Below are positions 9,672 to 20,279 of a stretch of DNA of 64,000 bases, piece after piece (within the stretch, counting starts at the first letter, position 1; each line of letters starts with the position of its first letter). The notes beneath the pieces are model-generated. The model did no database searches. It was not told the origin of the DNA and saw only the letters and a list, made by a program, of their open reading frames with translations. The position numbers were made by a program, and so were the translations under genes. This DNA comes from Beijerinckiaceae bacterium (lineage in GTDB: Bacteria; Pseudomonadota; Alphaproteobacteria; Rhizobiales; Beijerinckiaceae). The stretch spans positions 11,102 to 75,101 of the forward strand of contig JAJPIC010000015.1 of NCBI GenBank assembly GCA_021324915.1, in the 5' to 3' direction.

Positions 9672-10259
9672 ATGTTTCACTTTATCTGGCGGCCGGCCTT
9701 GGCATGCGCCGGCATCGCCTTGCTTGCCGGCCTTGCGGCGACGCAGGCCCAGGCAGAATCGGTCCAGAAGCAATGCAGCGAGAAATATCAGGCCGCCAAA
9801 GCAGCGAATTCGCTGAACGGTCAAACCTGGAACCAGTTTTATCATCAATGCGCCGCCGACTTGAAGGGCGGCGCGCCGGCGAGCAATACGGCCGCACCTG
9901 CAAGCAATACCGCCGCGCCGTCCTCTCCGCCCCCTTCGACGACGACGCAGGCTTCACCCCCGCCATCGACGGGAGGAGGATGGTTCCATCACAAGAAGAA
10001 GCAGGAAGCTACGGCCCCTGCCGAGACGCCCCCTGCCCAGACGCCCTCGGCCGCAGCGCCGGAACCAACCGGCCCCGTGGTCTTCCCGCCGGCCATTTCG
10101 TCCAAATATTCCAATGAGACGCCGGCCAAGCAGCGTTTCCACACCTGCCTCGATCAATATCACGCCAATAAGGCCACCAATTCCAACGGCGGCCTGAAAT
10201 GGATCGAGAAGGGCGGCGGCTATTACAGCGAGTGCAACAAGAAGCTGAAGGGCGCTTGA
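9672..10259 (+). CDS. Secreted hypothetical protein with two Cys-pair helical repeats and a Pro/Ala/Thr linker
   Basis: RBS AGGAGG at 9661; signal peptide; repeats QCSEKYQAAK...W..FY..C and TCLDQYHANK...W...GYYSEC. Confidence 0.8.
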   Translation: MFHFIWRPALACAGIALLAGLAATQAQAESVQKQCSEKYQAAKAANSLNGQTWNQFYHQCAADLKGGAPASNTAAPASNTAAPSSPPPSTTTQASPPPSTGGGWFHHKKKQEATAPAETPPAQTPSAAAPEPTGPVVFPPAISSKYSNETPAKQRFHTCLDQYHANKATNSNGGLKWIEKGGGYYSECNKKLKGA

Positions 10260-10271
10260 AACGCCCCGGTG

Positions 10272-10405
10272 CCCTCTCCCCGTTTACGGGGAGGGGGTTA
10301 CAGCAAGGGGCAAAGTGAATTGGCGTCGTCGCTAGACGCCATTCCCTCTGCCCCGGCCCTCACCCTAGCCCTCTCCCCATTTCGCTTCGCTCATGGAGAG
10401 AGGGG
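10272..10405. repeat. CCCTCTCCC/GGGAGAGGG-type intergenic palindromic element
   Basis: CCCTCTCCCCGTTTACGGGGAGGGG ... CCCTCACCCTAGCCCTCTCCCC ... GGAGAGAGGG; architecture of rhizobial intergenic mosaic repeats. Confidence 0.75.
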
Positions 10406-10479
10406 AGCGGCCCCGCAATTGCTTGCTATCCTAGGCCGGGCGAGGCAGACCGCCTCCGGCAAGCAATGCGGATGATCGC

Positions 10480-13400
10480 GTGTCCATTTCTGCCGCCATT
10501 CATCACGTTACCCATTACCGCTACGACCGGCCGGTCGGCCTCGGGCCGCAGATCATCCGCCTGCGCCCTGCCCCGCATTGCCGCACGAAAATTCTGAGCT
10601 ACGCGCTCAAAGTCGAGCCTGCCGAACATTTCATCAACTGGCAGCAGGACCCGCATGGGAATTGGCTCGCGCGCCTCGTCTTCCCGGAGAAAACGCAGGG
10701 ATTGAAAATCGAGGTCGATCTCGTGGTCGATCTTGCCGTCATCAATCCCTTCGATTTTTTCATCGAGCCCTATGCCGAACATTTCCCCTTCGCCTACGAG
10801 CCGGAGCTCAAAGCGGATCTTGCGCCTTATCTCGAAGCCGAGCCGCTCGGGCCGCGGCTTGTGGCCTATCTCGCCCATCTGCCGAAAGGCCAGATGCAGA
10901 CGGTCGCCTTTCTCGTCGCGCTCAACAGCCAGCTCCAGCAGTCGGTGCGCTATCTGATCCGCATGGAGCCCGGCGTGCAGGCGCCGGAAGATACGCTGGC
11001 GCTTGGCTCGGGCTCGTGCCGCGACTCGGCCTGGCTGCTCGTGCAGCTCCTGCGCCATCTCGGCCTCGCAGCGCGCTTCGTCTCGGGCTATCTCATCCAA
11101 TTGCGTCCCGACATCGAGCCGCTCGACGGACCGAAGGGCACGCAGCACGATTTCACCGATCTGCATGCCTGGGCCGAAGTCTATGTGCCGGGCGCCGGCT
11201 GGATCGGCATGGATCCGACCTCAGGCCTTTTCTGCGGCGAGGGCCATATTCCGCTCTGCGCGACACCGCATTTTCGCTCGGCCGCACCGATCCATGGAGC
11301 GGTCGAGCCGGCGCAAGTCGATTTCAGTTTCGACATGGACGTACGCCGCATTGCCGAGGCGCCTCGGATCACATTGCCTTTTTCCGAAGAGGCCTGGGCA
11401 AAGCTCGATGCTTTGGGCGAGCGCATCGACGCCGATCTTTCGGCACAAGACATGCGCCTCACGATGGGCGGCGAGCCGACCTTCGTCTCGATCGACGATG
11501 TCGAATCCGAGGAATGGAACACCGCCGCCGTCGGCCCGACGAAGCGCATGCGCGCCGACGATCTGATCCGCAGATTGCGCGAACGTTTCGCGCCGGGCGG
11601 CATGCTGCATTATGGCCAAGGCAAATGGTATCCGGGCGAGACCCTGCCGCGTTGGGCCTTCGCGCTCTATTGGCGCAAGGACGGCAAGCCGATCTGGAAA
11701 GATGCCAGCCTCATCGCGCCCGTGCCATTGACGCGAACGGGGGGCGGCCCGCGCGAGCATAACGAGATCTCCTGCATGGAAGCACGGACGCTGATTGAAG
11801 CCGTCGCGACGCAGCTCGGCATCGAGCAGGACTGCATTCTTCCGGCTTATGAAGATCCCGCAGTCTGGCTCGTCAAGGAAGGCAATCTGCCGGAGAATGT
11901 CGATCCGCTCGATCCGAAGATCGAGGATGCGGAAGAACGCAATCGCATGGTCCGCACATTCGCGCGCGGCCTGACCATGCCTTCCGCTTATATTCTTCCG
12001 GTGCAACGCTGGAACACAAAGGCCGACCGGCGCTGGACGAGCGAAAAATGGAAGCTCAGGCGCGGACGGCTTTTTCTTGTTCCGGGCGATTCTCCCGTGG
12101 GGCACAGACTGCCGCTTTCCTCATTGCCCTTTGTCCCGCCTTCCGCCTATCCCTTCGTCGTCGCGCAAGATCCCCTCGAAGAGCGCGGCGCTCTGCCCGG
12201 CCCTTCGGAAATCGGCCAGCGGGCCGAGCGCAGCGGTCCGAGCGCGGCGGCGCAGGAGCTTGTCGAACAGCAGATTGTCGAAGGCGCGGTGCGTACCGCG
12301 CTCTCCATCGAGCCACGCGAAGGAATCCTTTGCGTCTTCATGCCGCCGGTCAAGACACTCGAGGATTATCTCGAGCTTCTCGCCGCGGTCGAAGCCGCCG
12401 CCGCGGAAAAGCGCATGCCGGTTCACATCGAAGGCTACGCGCCGCCCTTCGATCCGCGCCTTGCCGTGATCAAAGTGACGCCCGATCCCGGCGTCATCGA
12501 AGTCAATATTCATCCCTCGGCGGATTGGCGCGAGGCCGTCGCGACAACGAAGGGCCTTTACGAAGACGCGCGCCGCGCGCGGCTCGGGGCCGACAAATTC
12601 ATGACGGACGGTCGCCATACGGGAACGGGAGGCGGCAATCACATCGTCTTCGGCGGTCCGAGCCCGGCCAACTCTCCCTTTCTGCGCCGCCCCGATCTTC
12701 TGAAGAGCCTCATCCTTTATTGGCAGCGCCACCCTGCCCTTTCCTATCTGTTCTCCGGCCTCTTCATCGGGCCGACAAGCCAGGCGCCGCGCGTCGACGA
12801 AGCGCGGCATGACCAGCTTTACGAGCTTGAAATCGCGCTCGCCGGCATGCCGAAGCCAGGCGAACACATGCCCGGGCATGTGCCCCTCTGGACCGTCGAT
12901 CGGCTCTTGCGCAATCTCCTTATCGATTCGACCGGCAATACGCACCGCACCGAGATCTGCATCGATAAGCTCTATTCGCCCGATGGGCCGAGCGGAAGGC
13001 TCGGGCTCGTCGAATTCCGCTCCTTCGAAATGCCGCCGGACGCGCGCATGAGTCTCGCGCAGCAGCTCCTCTTGCGTGCATTGCTCGCCTGGTTCTGGCG
13101 CGAACCGCAAGAAGGAAATTTCGTGCGCTGGGGCACGGCGCTGCACGATCGTTTCATGCTGCCGCATTTCGTCTGGCAGGATTTTCTCGACGTGCTCGCA
13201 GATCTCGCGCGTGTCGGCTATGGATTCGATTCGACCTGGTTCGAGGCGCAGCGCGAATTCCGCTTTCCTCTTTACGGCGCGGTCGAGCGCGGTGGCGTAC
13301 GGCTCGAATTGCGCCAGGCGCTCGAGCCTTGGCACGTTCTCGGCGAAGAAGGCGCGATCGGCGGCACGGTGCGCTACGTCGATTCTTCCGTCGAACGGCT

Positions 13401-13833
13401 CGAAGTCAAAGCCAGTGGGCTCGTCGAGGGGCGGCACGTCCTTGCCTGCAACAGGCGTAGCGTGCCGATGACCTCGACCGGATCATTCGGCGAGACGGTT
13501 GCCGGCGTTCGCTACAAGGCGTGGAAGCCGGCGCGCGGCCTGCATCCGACCTTGCCGGTGAACGCGCCGCTCACCTTCGATATCGTCGATATATGGAGCG
13601 GGCGTTCGCTCGGCGGCTGCGTCTACCACGTCGCCCATCCGGGCGGGCGCAATTACGAGACCTTTCCGGTCAACAGCTACGAAGCCGAGGCCCGCCGACG
13701 CGCGCGTTTCCAGGATCATGGACACACGCCGGGCGCAATCGAAGTGCCGCGCGAGGAACGCTCAGCCGAGTTTGCCCTGACTCTCGACCTGCGCCGGCCA
13801 TGTCCCTCTCCCCGCCCGCGGGGAGAAGGCTAG
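10480..13833 (+). CDS. Transglutaminase-like domain + DUF2126 protein
   Basis: N-terminal HHVTHYRY, catalytic GSCRD / DLHAW / DPT, followed by a long ligase-like domain ([31 protein letters not shown]). Confidence 0.9.
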   Translation: MSISAAIHHVTHYRYDRPVGLGPQIIRLRPAPHCRTKILSYALKVEPAEHFINWQQDPHGNWLARLVFPEKTQGLKIEVDLVVDLAVINPFDFFIEPYAEHFPFAYEPELKADLAPYLEAEPLGPRLVAYLAHLPKGQMQTVAFLVALNSQLQQSVRYLIRMEPGVQAPEDTLALGSGSCRDSAWLLVQLLRHLGLAARFVSGYLIQLRPDIEPLDGPKGTQHDFTDLHAWAEVYVPGAGWIGMDPTSGLFCGEGHIPLCATPHFRSAAPIHGAVEPAQVDFSFDMDVRRIAEAPRITLPFSEEAWAKLDALGERIDADLSAQDMRLTMGGEPTFVSIDDVESEEWNTAAVGPTKRMRADDLIRRLRERFAPGGMLHYGQGKWYPGETLPRWAFALYWRKDGKPIWKDASLIAPVPLTRTGGGPREHNEISCMEARTLIEAVATQLGIEQDCILPAYEDPAVWLVKEGNLPENVDPLDPKIEDAEERNRMVRTFARGLTMPSAYILPVQRWNTKADRRWTSEKWKLRRGRLFLVPGDSPVGHRLPLSSLPFVPPSAYPFVVAQDPLEERGALPGPSEIGQRAERSGPSAAAQELVEQQIVEGAVRTALSIEPREGILCVFMPPVKTLEDYLELLAAVEAAAAEKRMPVHIEGYAPPFDPRLAVIKVTPDPGVIEVNIHPSADWREAVATTKGLYEDARRARLGADKFMTDGRHTGTGGGNHIVFGGPSPANSPFLRRPDLLKSLILYWQRHPALSYLFSGLFIGPTSQAPRVDEARHDQLYELEIALAGMPKPGEHMPGHVPLWTVDRLLRNLLIDSTGNTHRTEICIDKLYSPDGPSGRLGLVEFRSFEMPPDARMSLAQQLLLRALLAWFWREPQEGNFVRWGTALHDRFMLPHFVWQDFLDVLADLARVGYGFDSTWFEAQREFRFPLYGAVERGGVRLELRQALEPWHVLGEEGAIGGTVRYVDSSVERLEVKASGLVEGRHVLACNRRSVPMTSTGSFGETVAGVRYKAWKPARGLHPTLPVNAPLTFDIVDIWSGRSLGGCVYHVAHPGGRNYETFPVNSYEAEARRRARFQDHGHTPGAIEVPREERSAEFALTLDLRRPCPSPRPRGEG

Positions 13834-13902
13834 GCGAAGGGGCTCGGCAACGAGCCCCTCGCGCTGGACTTTTCTCCTGATCTCGCTCCCCGTGGGAGAA
13901 GG
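13804..13902. repeat. Second CCCTCTCCC/GGGAGAAGG element overlapping the 3' end of the transglutaminase gene
   Basis: CCCTCTCCCCGCCCGCGGGGAGAAGG ... TTTCTCC...GGGAGAAGG; encodes the terminal PSPRPRGEG and the stop. Confidence 0.7.
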
Positions 13903-13910
13903 CCGGAGCC

Positions 13911-14660
13911 CTACCGCAATCCGCCGGACGCCACGATCCGTTCGCCGGTGATCCAGGCAGATTGGTCGGAGGCGAGGAAAACGGCGACGCGCGCAATATC
14001 GTCGGCCTCGCCGATGCGGCCGAGAGGCGTCTGCGGGATGATCGCAGCCTCGAACTGCTTGGCAGTTTCGCCCATGGCGGCGACGCCTTCCGTCGCCGTT
14101 AGCCCCGGCGCAATCGCATTGACCCTGATCTTCTTTGCTCCGAGCTCCGCGCCGAGGACCCGCGTCAGGGAATCGATCGCAGCCTTTGTCGCCGAATAGA
14201 TCACCGAATTGGGAAGCGCATTGGCGCTCACGACCGAGGTCAGATTGATGACGCTGCCGCCCTGCGGACCGAAATGTTTCACCGCTTCCTGAATCATCAA
14301 GATCATGCCGAGCACATTGATATCGAACTCGCGATGGAACTCGGCCTCGGTGACATATTCGAGCGGCATGAACGAATAGACGCCGGCATTGTTCACGAGA
14401 ATGTCGAGCCTGCCGTAATTCGCTTTCGTCTTCTCGAAAATGCGCTTGATATCAGCCGATTTGGCAACGTCGCCCTGAACGGCGATCGCTTTGCCACCTT
14501 TGGCGGCGATTTCGGCGACGACCTTGTCCGCGTCTACGTGGCTGGAAGCATAATTGACGACGACCGAGGCACCGGCCGCTGCGAGATGTTTGGCAATGGC
14601 TGCGCCGATCCCTTTCGACGCGCCCGTTACAATGGCAACCTTGCCCGTCAGTTCGCTCAT
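13911..14660 (-). CDS. Short-chain dehydrogenase/reductase (glucose 1-dehydrogenase/FabG-like)
   Basis: TGASKGIG, NNAG, YSATK; ATG 14660 after GGGAGAG. Confidence 0.92.
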   Translation of the reverse strand: MSELTGKVAIVTGASKGIGAAIAKHLAAAGASVVVNYASSHVDADKVVAEIAAKGGKAIAVQGDVAKSADIKRIFEKTKANYGRLDILVNNAGVYSFMPLEYVTEAEFHREFDINVLGMILMIQEAVKHFGPQGGSVINLTSVVSANALPNSVIYSATKAAIDSLTRVLGAELGAKKIRVNAIAPGLTATEGVAAMGETAKQFEAAIIPQTPLGRIGEADDIARVAVFLASDQSAWITGERIVASGGLR

Positions 14661-14761
14661 GTTCACTCTCCCGTTCGGTTAGCCTTGTCTTCGCGCTAGA
14701 TGCTCATTTGCCCGAAAGGGGAGTAGGCAGAGCGGCCAACTATGATATATTCAAAGGCCGC

Positions 14762-15664
14762 ATGAATGACCGGTTTTCCGCCCTAAAGCTTTTCATCCGC
14801 GTTGCCCGTACGGGCAGTTTTTCGCGCGCCGGGCGCGAGTTCGGCCTTTCCCAACCTTCCGCATCGCGGATCATAGCGGCGCTCGAGCGTGAGATCGGCG
14901 CCGTTCTCCTGACGCGCACGACGCGCGCCGTCTCGCTCACCGAAGCGGGCGCCGATTATCTCGCGCGCATCGAACCGATCCTGGCGGAACTGGAAGAAGC
15001 CGATCATGCGGCGCGCGGCACGGGCGAGATCCGCGGGCTCTTGCGCATCGGCCTTTCTTCGAGCTTCGCGCTGCGCGAAGTCATTCCGCGCCTGCCCGCT
15101 TTCATGGAGCAACATCCGTCATTGCGCGTCGATCTTCTGATGAACGACCAGCAACAGGATCTCGTCAACGATGGCGTCGATGTCGCGCTGCGCTTCGGTG
15201 CGCTGAAAGACTCGAATGCAACGGCGCGCCGGCTCGGCACGACGTGCCGCGCGCTCGTCGCTTCCCCGGCCTATCTCGCCAAGGCCGGAATGCCGCGCGC
15301 CCCGGCCGATCTCGCCGAACATTCGCTGATCCTCGGGCCCGCAGGAGCAAGCGCGAACAGCTGGACCTTCCGGCGCGACGGACAGACCGTTTCGGTGCGC
15401 GTCGAAGGCCGGCTGATGATCTCGGTCCATGAAGGCGCAATCGCTGCCGCCGCCGCCGGGCTCGGCATCGCGCTCACCGGACAATGGGGCTGCCTCAGCG
15501 AGTTCAAGAGCGGCGCACTCGTCCGCGTGCTTCCCGATTGGCAGATGGATTCGGCCGAAGTTCACGCGATCTTCCCGGCCGGCCGCGCGGCCAAACCTTC
15601 CGCGCGAGCCTTTGCGGAACATTTGGCTCTCGAGTTCAGGGGACCCGAGCAGCCGCGCAGGTGA
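14762..15664 (+). CDS. LysR family transcriptional regulator (CrgA-like), divergent from the SDR
   Basis: LFIRVARTGSFSRAGREFGLSQPSASR..LE..LG..LL.RTTR.VSLTEAG; start corrected to 14762. Confidence 0.93.
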   Translation: MNDRFSALKLFIRVARTGSFSRAGREFGLSQPSASRIIAALEREIGAVLLTRTTRAVSLTEAGADYLARIEPILAELEEADHAARGTGEIRGLLRIGLSSSFALREVIPRLPAFMEQHPSLRVDLLMNDQQQDLVNDGVDVALRFGALKDSNATARRLGTTCRALVASPAYLAKAGMPRAPADLAEHSLILGPAGASANSWTFRRDGQTVSVRVEGRLMISVHEGAIAAAAAGLGIALTGQWGCLSEFKSGALVRVLPDWQMDSAEVHAIFPAGRAAKPSARAFAEHLALEFRGPEQPRR

Positions 15665-15673
15665 TCTCGGCCT

Positions 15674-15717
15674 GTTCGTATTTTGTTCTGGACACGCTTC
15701 AGCTTCCAAGCTAGGAT
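15674..15717 (+). promoter_or_regulatory. LexA (SOS) box GTTC-N7-GTTC abutting a sigma70 promoter TGGACA-N17-TAGGAT
   Basis: GTTCGTATTTTGTTC at 15674-15688, -35 at 15689-15694, -10 at 15712-15717. Confidence 0.75.
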
Positions 15718-15856
15718 TTTTCTGCTGGCGACAAGGAAACGGGGATCATTGCGCCTGAGGTCTGCTCGGGCGCGAGGGGTGTATGTTGTTGCCCCTTGGC
15801 GAATCATTCCGCTGATCTTTCCAGACATCCGACGCCTGCGCTTCTTGGAGGCACGC

Positions 15857-16843
15857 ATGGTGAAGTTCGGATCGCGGATGTTCGGATTGGCCTTTTTGGT
15901 TCTGACGTTTCTTGGTTCGGGAATAGCCTATGCGGAGTCTCAACTCCCGAGCAAATCGCGTGTCGTAGCGGCGCTTCAGAACATCCTGGCCTTGGAGCGT
16001 CCGGGCAAGACCGGCTACGCGACGATCTACGACGGCAACAAATATATCCAGTGCGGACGCAGCATGAATCACAGCCTGCGCTGCGAAGCTGCGGGGACGC
16101 TGATGCAGCCCTCGCTCGCACATGTGCTCGTTCCAGAGCGGCTGAAAAGACTCCTTGCGCTCGGCTGGCATCTCGATCCGCATTTCGGCAATTATGTGCA
16201 GGTCTTCCCTGCCGAAGTTCCGCCGGAGGGAGTCGCAGACAAAATCCTGCAGACACTCTCGCAAGCCTACAGCGTCGATTTGGACAATCTGCAAGAAAAG
16301 ACGAAGTGGATTGAGAGCGGACTTTGTCCGCCGCGCAATGGGCCGACGCAAAATCTAGCGGGCATGATCGACGACGCGCCTGAGATGGCTTCGGTCGCGG
16401 TTCATGAATGCGCCTATACCGGACCTGATCTCGGAGACAAGTTCGAATCGACCGAGGATTTGATCGCGCACTATGGCAAGAGAGTCGCGGCTGAAATTCA
16501 AAGATTGAGGATCAATCCCGACCAGGACATTTTCTTCGTCTTGAGCACCGAGATCGGCTTCGTACAATGTGCACCGCAATCCGTTTCGGAGATTTTTTGC
16601 GAAGCCCAGTCGATCGATAGTTGGCCGGCGCTCGCGGCGGTTCTCACTTCCGATCGCATCGCCCGCTTGCACGCTGCCGGTTACGAAGATCCCGGCCGTT
16701 CGCAAAATTATAGGAAAGTCTATTCGCTCGACAAACTCGACGATATGGCGATCGCCCGTGAATTACTGGCGGTCCTCCACGACGCCTACGGCTACCTGGG
16801 ATTGCCGGCGCTTAAGATAGAGACCGAGACCGGTCATTCATAG
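15857..16843 (+). CDS. Secreted hypothetical protein with two tandem TY-Chap/YbjN-like domains
   Basis: RBS GGAGG before ATG 15857; signal peptide; internal duplication YIQC..LRCEA...L..LGW..D...NY and FVQC..IFCEA...L...GY.DP...NY. Confidence 0.72.
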   Translation: MVKFGSRMFGLAFLVLTFLGSGIAYAESQLPSKSRVVAALQNILALERPGKTGYATIYDGNKYIQCGRSMNHSLRCEAAGTLMQPSLAHVLVPERLKRLLALGWHLDPHFGNYVQVFPAEVPPEGVADKILQTLSQAYSVDLDNLQEKTKWIESGLCPPRNGPTQNLAGMIDDAPEMASVAVHECAYTGPDLGDKFESTEDLIAHYGKRVAAEIQRLRINPDQDIFFVLSTEIGFVQCAPQSVSEIFCEAQSIDSWPALAAVLTSDRIARLHAAGYEDPGRSQNYRKVYSLDKLDDMAIARELLAVLHDAYGYLGLPALKIETETGHS

Positions 16844-16974
16844 CGAGATTCTTCGACGCGCTTCGCTTCCGGTTCATTGCTTTCCCAACCGCGCATGATG
16901 GCCGCTACTGGTCGGCCGCATGATGCCGCAACATATATCCTTCTAAACCCCAAAGGCGCTCGACCGGAAAAACG

Positions 16975-17844
16975 ATGTACGCAATTACGGGCATAACCGG
17001 CAGAATCGGCAGCGAACTCGCACGCCATCTCATCGACGCGGGCCTGCCTGTGCGCGCAGTCGCGCGCGATCCGAAAAAGACGGTAGAATGGGCAGCGCTC
17101 GGTTGCGAGATCGCTCGCGCGGATATGACCGATGCCACGGCGCTGACGGAAGCATTCCGCGGCGCGACCGGCGTGTTCATTCTGCCGCCGCCGGTCTTCG
17201 ATCCGCAGCCCGGCTATCCGGAAGCGCATGCGGTCGCGGAAGCCGTTTTGAAGGCGCTCAATGAAGCCAAGCCCGGCAGAGTGCTGAGCCTCTCGACAAT
17301 TGGAGCTGATGCGGCTCAGGACAATTTGCTTTCGCAACATACGATCATCGAAGCGCAATTGCGCAAAATCCCCCTGCCCTTGACCATTCTGCGGCCCGCT
17401 TGGTTCATGGAAAACGCGGCCTGGGATGTCGCGTCGGCGCGCGAGACGGGCGCCATCCAGAGTTTCCTGGCACCGACCGACAGGAAGATCGCAATGGTTT
17501 CCACGAAAGACGTCGGGCGCGTGGCCGCCGAGATCATCGAACAGGATTGGATCGGTACGCGCATCGTTGAACTTGAAGGCCCAAGGCGCGTCTCGCCCGA
17601 GGATCTTGCCGAGGCTTTTGCACATGCTCTTGGCAAAGGGGTGCGAGCGGTGCCGGTACCGCGCGAGTCATGGGAAGGTCTGTTTCGCGCGCAAGGCATG
17701 AAGAATCCCGAGCCGCGCATACGCATGCTCGATGGTTTCAACGAAGGCTGGATCGATTTCCAGGACAAGGGCAGCAAAGCCATCAAAGGGCGCATCGATA
17801 TCGGTCCCGCGATCGCGGCACTCGTCGCCGACGCGGCGCATTGA
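16975..17844 (+). CDS. NmrA-like NAD(P)H-binding atypical SDR
   Basis: ITGITGRIG, LRPAWFMEN, VSTKDVG. Confidence 0.9.
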   Translation: MYAITGITGRIGSELARHLIDAGLPVRAVARDPKKTVEWAALGCEIARADMTDATALTEAFRGATGVFILPPPVFDPQPGYPEAHAVAEAVLKALNEAKPGRVLSLSTIGADAAQDNLLSQHTIIEAQLRKIPLPLTILRPAWFMENAAWDVASARETGAIQSFLAPTDRKIAMVSTKDVGRVAAEIIEQDWIGTRIVELEGPRRVSPEDLAEAFAHALGKGVRAVPVPRESWEGLFRAQGMKNPEPRIRMLDGFNEGWIDFQDKGSKAIKGRIDIGPAIAALVADAAH

Positions 17845-18853
<1,009 letters not shown>

Positions 18854-18977
18854 GAACGATGCTCTTCTCGGGCGCAGGGCCATTGTCTGTTCGTCACGAC
18901 CGTCGCCGGGACTGGATTCCGGGGATCGACCCGCAGTCGAAGCGCAAGCGGTCCGGTGCGGCGCCATTCCTCATGCC

Positions 18978-19688
18978 TCATTCGAGACCCCCGCGTATTT
19001 TGTCAGTCCCTTTCGGCAGACGTGCCAGCCATTTCGCCCGCAAGGCGGAGGGCCGCGCGGGATAGCGCTCGTCCAGAAATGTCGCGCTCATCACGCGATC
19101 GAGCCGAAAACTTCGGAAATCGTCCCTCAGCTCGCACCAGCCGATCAACACGCGGGCGGCCTCGAAATACCCGATCACGATCGGCCAGACGATCCGCTCT
19201 GTCTCCCGCCCCTCGCCATCGCGATAGATCAGAGCGATCTTGCGGCCGGCGCGCATAGAAGCGCGGGCGCGCGCGGCATCGAGCCCGTCCGGAGGGATTT
19301 TCGAGCCCGGCGGCGTGCGGGCGCCGGCATCGATGATGAGCGGGCGCAAATTTTCCGGCACAATGGCGGCGATTTTCGCGATCAGGTCATGCGCCGCGCG
19401 GGCAAGATCGGGATCGCCATGGCCTGCAACCCATTGGGCGCCGAGCACCGCGGCTTCGACTTCATCCGAAGTCAGCATCAGCGGCGGCAGGTCAAACCCA
19501 CCCTCGAGCACATAGCCGAACCCCGCTTCGCCGCGGATCGGCACGCGCAGGCCAATCAGAGCGGCAATGTCGCGATAGACCGAGCGCGTCGAGGTTTCGA
19601 GCTGGCCCGCAAGCTGTGCCGCAGTCACCGGCCGCTTCGAGCGGCGCAGGATCTGAATGATCTGAAAGAGGCGGTCGGCGCGGCGCAT
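18978..19688 (-). CDS. YafY family HTH-WYL transcriptional regulator
   Basis: MRRADRLFQIIQIL, RSVYRDIAAL, GEAGFGY, WCELRDDFRSFRLDR; start corrected to 19688. Confidence 0.92.
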   Translation of the reverse strand: MRRADRLFQIIQILRRSKRPVTAAQLAGQLETSTRSVYRDIAALIGLRVPIRGEAGFGYVLEGGFDLPPLMLTSDEVEAAVLGAQWVAGHGDPDLARAAHDLIAKIAAIVPENLRPLIIDAGARTPPGSKIPPDGLDAARARASMRAGRKIALIYRDGEGRETERIVWPIVIGYFEAARVLIGWCELRDDFRSFRLDRVMSATFLDERYPARPSALRAKWLARLPKGTDKIRGGLE

Positions 19689-19773
19689 GATCGATCTAAC
19701 TGCATAATGCTGACAGCATGGTGGCAAGAGGCTCGGGCTAGGATCTTTGCATCGAAACGAGGGAGCTTGACGC

Positions 19774-20178
19774 ATGCTGAAGACATATAGGGGAAGCTGT
19801 CACTGCGGTGCCGTGCACTACGAGGCCGACATCGATCTTTCCGCCGGGACAAACAAGTGCAATTGCTCGATCTGCGCCAAGACCCGCAATTGGAACGCGG
19901 CCGTCAAGCCCGCGGCCCTGCGGCTCCTCGCGGGGGAAGATGCGCTCGGCGACTATCAATTCGGCAGCAAAAATATTCATCACCTTTTCTGCAGATTTTG
20001 CGGCGTGCCGCTCTTCGAGCGCGGCCATGTCCCGGCGCTAGGCGGCGATTTCGTCACGATCAAAGTGGCCTGCCTCGACGATGCGAGGCCCGCCGAGCTG
20101 ATCGGCGCGCCGGTCCGGTATTTGAACGGGCGCGAGAATGCCTGGGCGACGCCGCCCGCCGAGACGCGGCATCTTTGA
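19774..20178 (+). CDS. GFA/CENP-V family Zn-binding protein
   Basis: [22 protein letters not shown]; RBS GAGGGAG. Confidence 0.92.
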   Translation: MLKTYRGSCHCGAVHYEADIDLSAGTNKCNCSICAKTRNWNAAVKPAALRLLAGEDALGDYQFGSKNIHHLFCRFCGVPLFERGHVPALGGDFVTIKVACLDDARPAELIGAPVRYLNGRENAWATPPAETRHL

Positions 20179-20279
20179 AGGCCCGGCGCCGCAACCTTCC
20201 CGACAACTGGAGAGGATCGCTCGATTTCTGCCTCATTATCGGTTAGTCCATCGATGCCTGGACCGACCTGGAGGCCGCG

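Noticed and set aside
14749-14767. ATTCA-N9-TGAAT dyad as a LysR operator
   Set aside because: Spacing does not fit the T-N11-A rule and it overlaps the start codon; too weak to call.
15783-15815. 10-aa uORF MLLPLGESFR in the leader of the SOS-controlled gene
   Set aside because: Too short to support without conservation or Ribo-seq data; noted only.
19774-20178. Calling the GFA-family gene a formaldehyde-activating enzyme of methylotrophy
   Set aside because: The short 134-aa CENP-V-like subtype is widespread; no frm/fgh genes adjacent; family membership does not give the function.
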